In this document: in pieces, positions 55,198 to 60,033 of the stretch | Position numbering within the stretch: position 1 is the first letter of the stretch | Layout: each line of letters starts with the position of its first letter | Origin: a virus | Taxonomy: Duplodnaviria; Caudoviricetes | IMG/VR virus record: IMGVR_UViG_3300037484_000683 | Span: 1 to 60,033 of that record | Reading direction: 5' to 3' (one strand) | Length of the DNA: 60,033 nt | Position numbers and translations under genes: made by a program | Notes under the pieces: model-generated | Database searches by the model: none | What the model saw: the letters and a program-made list of their open reading frames with translations, nothing else | Told to the model about the DNA's origin: nothing

Positions 55198-55824
55198 TTA
55201 CATAATCCAACTCGGCGGCAAGGCATTAACTATCGGCCTTGCCTGATAAAGTGCCTGTAAAAAGCCCAACTCACTACCGTTTTGCCACAGTTCAAATAGC
55301 CGCCGCGTCTCCTGACATTGCCGGACAAACAGCACTCGGTGATTGTAAATAGGCACTCTCAGATCGTGGACAACTGCCTTCGTTTCGGCCTGCTCATCTG
55401 CCATGCCAACATCAGAGGCCAGGGTATCGTAGTTCAAAAGCGGAACCGCTAACTGCCATTTGGTGAGCAATCCAAAGCCGGTCAAAATCAAGTCCTGTCG
55501 TAAATTGGCCGATGTATCCCACAGGAGGAAACGCCCGCTTGTGGGCATTGTGCCGCCATAAGGAAAGATGGGCACTGCCGGGAACCTGTTGACAAGAGAG
55601 TTTTCGAGCTCGGGCGTAAATCCCTTTAGAACAATGGCGCAATCGGTCAAATCCTGCACGGTTTGCAGGACAGCAGGTTTAAGAATTTCTAAGAGACCAT
55701 CCCTTAGTCCATCCCTCGCCTGCTGCCTGCCAACCGGCCACCAATCGCCCGGATAGAGCGGCTTTTGCTTGCCGTGATCGTCAACGTACATATTTGCCTT
55801 AGCTCTAATCCAGACTTGACTCAT
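55198..55824 (-). CDS. Degenerate GT8-like protein
   Basis: GFGLLTKWQLAV, YNHRVLFVR, RLFELW and FLQALY echo the GT8 paralogues, but there is no DxD. Confidence 0.55.
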   Translation of the reverse strand: MSQVWIRAKANMYVDDHGKQKPLYPGDWWPVGRQQARDGLRDGLLEILKPAVLQTVQDLTDCAIVLKGFTPELENSLVNRFPAVPIFPYGGTMPTSGRFLLWDTSANLRQDLILTGFGLLTKWQLAVPLLNYDTLASDVGMADEQAETKAVVHDLRVPIYNHRVLFVRQCQETRRLFELWQNGSELGFLQALYQARPIVNALPPSWIM

Positions 55825-56267
55825 TAGTCTACCACTTCGTCCCACGCTGTGACGGGCACCGCCTTATAACGACTGTATGCACCAAACAACGTGGCCGCAT
55901 ATTCCGAATCGGCTACGGCAATAGTGGTGTAGAAGCGCACATACTCAAAACCTCCGTTGACATCCAACTCCTCAGTTCGCAGTTCAATGCAAATCTGGGA
56001 ATTGGCATCGCTGCCGGCCTGGGTTAGCGCAGCAGTCACCTTGCCGGTGATTGCCTTTGCTCCTGTACCTATTGCGTCGCTGGCCTGCTCCAACCCGGCT
56101 ATCAGGGTACTGGCCGCGCCCATTGCACCCAGCGTCAGATATAGCCAGGCCCGATGATAGCTTGCCATCAGTACCCAATCTGAGACGTGGGTGGCTACTT
56201 GCCGGGTCAGGGGGTAGTGTGTAGCCAGGGGAACAAAATCTTCACTTACTCTATTTGTGTATGCCAT
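55824..56267 (-). CDS. Capsid-associated (decoration-type) protein
   Basis: Directly after the capsid gene; LEQASDAIGTGAK, ELDVNGGFEYVR. Confidence 0.65.
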   Translation of the reverse strand: MAYTNRVSEDFVPLATHYPLTRQVATHVSDWVLMASYHRAWLYLTLGAMGAASTLIAGLEQASDAIGTGAKAITGKVTAALTQAGSDANSQICIELRTEELDVNGGFEYVRFYTTIAVADSEYAATLFGAYSRYKAVPVTAWDEVVD

Positions 56268-56269
56268 TT

Positions 56270-57598
56270 CTAGCTACCTCCTGCCGTGCCGGTCAAAATC
56301 ACAAACGGGCTGGTCTGGGTCGTACCGTCGCTCCACGTAAAGGGGAGATTGAGCCAGGGTTGACCGTCTACCCGGCTGACACATCTCCAGGAAGTGATGT
56401 CGTTTTGGAATTTGAAAATTTTGGTGGTATCAACCGTGATGGCCTTGCGATTGCCGACAAGATATTTTGACCAGTCAGCTAACAAGACGCTGCCCAACGA
56501 GCCAGGGCCGGGCATCTGCTCCACGAAAAAGAGCGGATAACCCAACAGTGAGGCCGGGAAGCCGTCGCGGGCGCTGGGCATAAAAACATAACTTGGGTGG
56601 CTTGCCGGCCCATTGAGTTGCAACAGTTCGGCCATCCAGCGCCGCGAGAAAAACCAAACAGGGTTGGTTCCTTGAAAACTTTCAAGCATCCGGGCCAGAT
56701 CGTTGACTGACAGCGCATTAGCCGCCGCCGGGTTGAGGGCAATTGTCGCCGGGGCGTTGATAACCCCCAAAGGCTGTCCGGCCCCGGACCCATTGATAAA
56801 GGCGTTTTGCCGTTCCCACTTGGTTACACCGCTGAACATGGAGTTCAGCAGGGCTTCCAACGATACGGCGCTGTCCTCTAACAGTTCGTCTGAGGCTTCG
56901 GTGTAGCAAACCAGCTTGTGGGCTACTAGCTCAATCTGGCGGAAGGTCGGCTGAGTTTCCTCTTTTGTGCCCGTCTCTTCTGTCCATTTTGCCAGCACTC
57001 CGCCCCACCAATGCGGCTGCCCTGCGGTCGTGCCACCCTGATTAAGCGCCGGAATTTGAATAGCCCGGCGCATCATCGGGATAACTGTGGCCCGACTTTC
57101 GACCAGCATCGAGTCGCCGGTGTCGGTCCACTGCAGGAACTGGTTAGGCATCTCGGTAGGAACTAAAAAGCCGCCACTGGCCCCGATACTTTCGACCAAG
57201 TCCTTGCTTTCCGACCAGCCATTTTCACCGGTATGCGCCCCGCTACTTGGCTCTTTTGGATCCGAAAAAGTTTTCAGCCGTTGATTAGCTTTACCCCGAA
57301 AGGTAACGCTATGGATTTCTCGCAAAAACTCGCCGGCGGTTTTGAAGCCGCCAGGGGTAGGCTTATCGTCACCCTTTTGGGGGGTGAAGTTCATACCCTC
57401 AAAAGCCTTCGCTGATTCTTTGACCAAGATCAAAGCATCAATTCGGCCTTTGATTTGTTTTTGCTCTTCTATCATCGCCAGCGCCTTCGTGGTCTCTTCA
57501 GCCGTTATGTCCGGCTTGATGAGTAAGGTATTGGCATCATTTAAGAGCTTGCCCGCTTCGGCCTTCATTTCGACCAGGCGGGTGTCCTGGATTTCCAA
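56270..57598 (-). CDS. Major capsid protein (HK97 fold)
   Basis: N-terminal delta-domain coil, GGFLVP, SDELLEDS, FINGSG..QPLG. Confidence 0.95.
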   Translation of the reverse strand: MEIQDTRLVEMKAEAGKLLNDANTLLIKPDITAEETTKALAMIEEQKQIKGRIDALILVKESAKAFEGMNFTPQKGDDKPTPGGFKTAGEFLREIHSVTFRGKANQRLKTFSDPKEPSSGAHTGENGWSESKDLVESIGASGGFLVPTEMPNQFLQWTDTGDSMLVESRATVIPMMRRAIQIPALNQGGTTAGQPHWWGGVLAKWTEETGTKEETQPTFRQIELVAHKLVCYTEASDELLEDSAVSLEALLNSMFSGVTKWERQNAFINGSGAGQPLGVINAPATIALNPAAANALSVNDLARMLESFQGTNPVWFFSRRWMAELLQLNGPASHPSYVFMPSARDGFPASLLGYPLFFVEQMPGPGSLGSVLLADWSKYLVGNRKAITVDTTKIFKFQNDITSWRCVSRVDGQPWLNLPFTWSDGTTQTSPFVILTGTAGGS

Positions 57599-57600
57599 AT

Positions 57601-58581
57601 TTACACCTCCAATAGTTTGAGCTTTTCCTGCTCAATTTCAATAAGTTTAAGGTAGCGGGTGCGTGTATCCTCATTCGGCCCGGCCTCACTTGCGCTTTCG
57701 GAGGTGGGTGGTAAAGTATCGGACTTTTGCGGCCCGGTTGGTTTGCTACTTTCTGTTTCGTCTTTAGGCATTTCCATTAAGCCAGCTTCCATTAAGCAGT
57801 TATGAAGCTCTGCCATTGCCGCCTTGATACGCTTGGCGTTGCGGTCAGACAGGACGCGGCCGGCTTTATCCTCTGGGGTATCATCGCTCTTATCCTCTTC
57901 CTCTGAGGCATACAAGGCGCGCATCTGTGTCCGCGCCTCGGCCTCGGTAGGATGTCTACCCATCGGCTTGCCGGTTGGCTTGCCCTCGGCGTCAAGTTTG
58001 TAGACACAAAACTCATCACCTTCAGGGATAACGCCGTAGGGCTTACCCTCAGAGGGCGCAGCTTTGGCGGCTGTGGTAGTGGTGGCAGAGTTGGCCGGAA
58101 ATAAAACGGGGCTAACTTCGTAAAGTTTTATGCCCCGTAGATTCCGCACTGACTTACCATCTTTGTTTGAGTAATCTTTGTCAACAGCATCGTAGCCGAA
58201 TGACCACTGATGAACGGCCCCGCTTTTAATCCGGCTAAATGCTCCCTTACCCTCTGGGGTATCAAGCAGGAACTGGAAGCGGCCCCACGCCCCGCCGGTC
58301 ACATCGGCGTGCTGGTTCATCATCTCCTGGGGCAATTCGGCTCGTTTCACTTCTCGAAGTTCTTTGACTACGCCCAGCGAGGCCATAACCGAATCCGTGC
58401 GATGATTATCTAGCAGCTTGATTTGGTTGCCGCGCTCGCTGAAAGTCTTGGTAAAAGCGCCGGGGTGAATTATGTCACCCACTTCATCAACATTGCCCAT
58501 AACCGCCCAGATAGCTTCAACGATGCCTTGTGCCTCATCTACGGTGGTTATAATCGCCTCAGTTTGTTTACGTTCCATCAT
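57601..58581 (-). CDS. Prohead protease (HK97 type)
   Basis: DEVGDII.PGAF, LDNH, WSFGY, LYEVSPVLFPAN. Confidence 0.95.
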   Translation of the reverse strand: MMERKQTEAIITTVDEAQGIVEAIWAVMGNVDEVGDIIHPGAFTKTFSERGNQIKLLDNHRTDSVMASLGVVKELREVKRAELPQEMMNQHADVTGGAWGRFQFLLDTPEGKGAFSRIKSGAVHQWSFGYDAVDKDYSNKDGKSVRNLRGIKLYEVSPVLFPANSATTTTAAKAAPSEGKPYGVIPEGDEFCVYKLDAEGKPTGKPMGRHPTEAEARTQMRALYASEEEDKSDDTPEDKAGRVLSDRNAKRIKAAMAELHNCLMEAGLMEMPKDETESSKPTGPQKSDTLPPTSESASEAGPNEDTRTRYLKLIEIEQEKLKLLEV

Positions 58582-58604
58582 TCCCCCTTTTGGGAATAAA
58601 AAAA

Positions 58605-58648
58605 ACGGCCCGTGAGCCGCGTCATTATGTAGCGGTTCAACAGGCCGT
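58605..58648 (-). promoter_or_regulatory. Long hairpin plus T-run before the protease RBS
   Basis: ACGGCC/GGCCGT stem with inner CCGC/GCGG, followed by a T-run on the minus strand. Confidence 0.65.
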
Positions 58649-58687
58649 GTAAGGTTTTAGCCTTAGTGGGCTGAGTTATTTGGTTGA

Positions 58688-58987
58688 TTAAAATAATTTA
58701 CATATTTGTATTCTATTTGTTGTTTTTATACTTTCTACTGAAATAAAGACTATTTCTATCGGACCAATTCGTACCAATGTCAATCCACAGTAAGACTTGA
58801 AACTGATGGTCAGCCAATGGTACGGATGTAGCCTTAAGGTGAGACGCTCACCATAAAACAACCAATTTGGCAACGGAATCAACCAGACAAATTTGCGATT
58901 AAATAATTTACCCCTGATACCCAGTGCAGGCCCGGCCCAGCGATCATAATGCAAAATGCGAATCTCTAACTTCATTTTGTTTATCAT
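58688..58987 (-). CDS. Hypothetical protein
   Basis: ORF track. Confidence 0.45.
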   Translation of the reverse strand: MINKMKLEIRILHYDRWAGPALGIRGKLFNRKFVWLIPLPNWLFYGERLTLRLHPYHWLTISFKSYCGLTLVRIGPIEIVFISVESIKTTNRIQICKLF

Positions 58988-59002
58988 GATTATTTGGCTA
59001 GG

Positions 59003-59209
59003 TTACTTTTGAATAGATGAAACTCTTTTGCTTTCCATCTCGCCTACCCATACCCCAGCTAAAATTATAGACAATAATATACCAATTATGTAGACCCATT
59101 GGGGTAAAATAACCTTCATAGCCGGCTCTAAATCGAGAACACCAAACGCCCCAACAATGCAAAAGGCAGTAATCATTCCCAGTATAAAAATTCTAACCCC
59201 TAATTTCAT
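59003..59209 (-). CDS. Small two-TM membrane protein
   Basis: GGAG RBS. Confidence 0.6.
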   Translation of the reverse strand: MKLGVRIFILGMITAFCIVGAFGVLDLEPAMKVILPQWVYIIGILLSIILAGVWVGEMESKRVSSIQK

Positions 59210-59232
59210 AACTTCTCCGGCTTCGTGCCTGG

Positions 59233-59490
59233 TCAGAGTTTTTCTGATTCTGCATCAAGTTTTAATGCCATAATCTCTAACGGATTCGTCTCAAAGTCAT
59301 CAATCTCGTTTATACGATTTTTAAGGCAGGAACAAGAGCAATATAGGCCAAATAATACGGGTTTAAGATAATTTCCCGAAAGTGCAAAACTGCTACCATT
59401 AGCCGGAGAGACAGCAATCCAACCATAGGCCGTCCCCTCCAAAACTCGCTTTTTACAAACATCGCAGATCATAAACGTTTCGCGGGTCAT
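59233..59490 (-). CDS. Cys-containing hypothetical protein
   Basis: CDVC...CSCSC; GGAG RBS. Confidence 0.6.
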   Translation of the reverse strand: MTRETFMICDVCKKRVLEGTAYGWIAVSPANGSSFALSGNYLKPVLFGLYCSCSCLKNRINEIDDFETNPLEIMALKLDAESEKL

Positions 59491-59631
59491 AATTTCTCCG
59501 GCCTTGTTCCGATAACCAACTCAGCTATCAAGTAAACCAATGCCGTGATGTGGCGCACCATCTGCGAAAAGATTTGCACTTTTCGACTTGTGTCTATTTT
59601 ATCATATATTGCTTCAGATTGCAATGAGGGG

Positions 59632-59955
59632 TTACGATAACCGTTTTGGCTCATTATTTTTAACCGTTTGCCTAAAACTAGCTAACATCTGATGATTTTG
59701 GATAATTCTATCTGCTTGATATTGCAATCGTTTAGCCTCGCCAATTTCCCTATACCAGCGCATCATACCGTCATCTGTCTCGCCATAGGGTGCGCCCGCC
59801 TTCAGGTAGATTTCCCAAAAGCAATCATAAAGCTCTTGTATTGCCGGCTTCAATTGCTGAAAGATAGGCGTAAGATTTTCGGCTATGTCCTGAGCAAATA
59901 CCGTAAGGGCTTTACCAAATTGTTTCAATTCTTCTACTTGGTTTTGTTCAATCAT
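59632..59955 (-). CDS. Hypothetical protein
   Basis: GGAG RBS; ATGA coupling. Confidence 0.6.
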   Translation of the reverse strand: MIEQNQVEELKQFGKALTVFAQDIAENLTPIFQQLKPAIQELYDCFWEIYLKAGAPYGETDDGMMRWYREIGEAKRLQYQADRIIQNHQMLASFRQTVKNNEPKRLS

Positions 59956-59990
59956 TTCGTCTCCGATGGGCCGGGCTTAATAACCTGCTT

Positions 59991-60033
59991 TTCCAGATGC
60001 TTATCTAGTTGCTAGCCGTATGGCCCGCAAAAA
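59991..60033. repeat. Terminal overlap, copy 2
   Basis: Matches 1-43 with one mismatch. Confidence 0.95.

Noticed and set aside
59991-60033. Physical terminal repeat, or TAG recoding suggested by the TGG/TAG difference
   Set aside because: A short overlap inside an ORF fits assembly circularisation; TAG is used as a normal stop elsewhere (e.g. tape measure, capsid)

Overview
This window looks like a complete, circularly assembled ~60 kb tailed dsDNA phage genome. The first 43 nt recur at the end with one mismatch, and an ORF reads through the junction. The minus strand carries HK97-type head genes, terminase, a siphovirus-like tail, a large glycosyltransferase block, replication genes (initiator with iterons, DnaC-like loader), four DNA methyltransferases and a CmoA-like enzyme. 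The plus strand (23.8-34.6 kb) carries small early genes, an ERF recombinase and a membrane ATPase module. I found no integrase, endolysin or tRNA. A Chloroflexota host is a weak inference from protein motifs. The main find is a self-contained plus-strand cassette inserted between two tail genes (36451-38001): consensus promoter, ribbon-helix-helix gene, a small solo RAMP/Cas7-like gene, four arrays of 5-nt GGY-NN units, an HNH nuclease, a fifth array and a terminator. Reading only the variable NN dinucleotides as codon positions 1-2 gives protein-like sequence. Array 5 spells a close homologue of a segment of the adjacent tail gene (GGTTAVVETLRNETTGKEL vs the phage's own GGTTGIIETLKNETSGREL), and array 2 spells a Walker A motif. 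This points to an RNA-guided, gapped-code DNA-targeting system aimed at related phages, possibly with a homing function. The second highlight is a CmoA-like gene coupled to a C5 cytosine methyltransferase with Asn-to-Arg in motif X, which predicts 5-carboxymethylcytosine in the DNA. All calls are by eye from motifs; no database searches were run.
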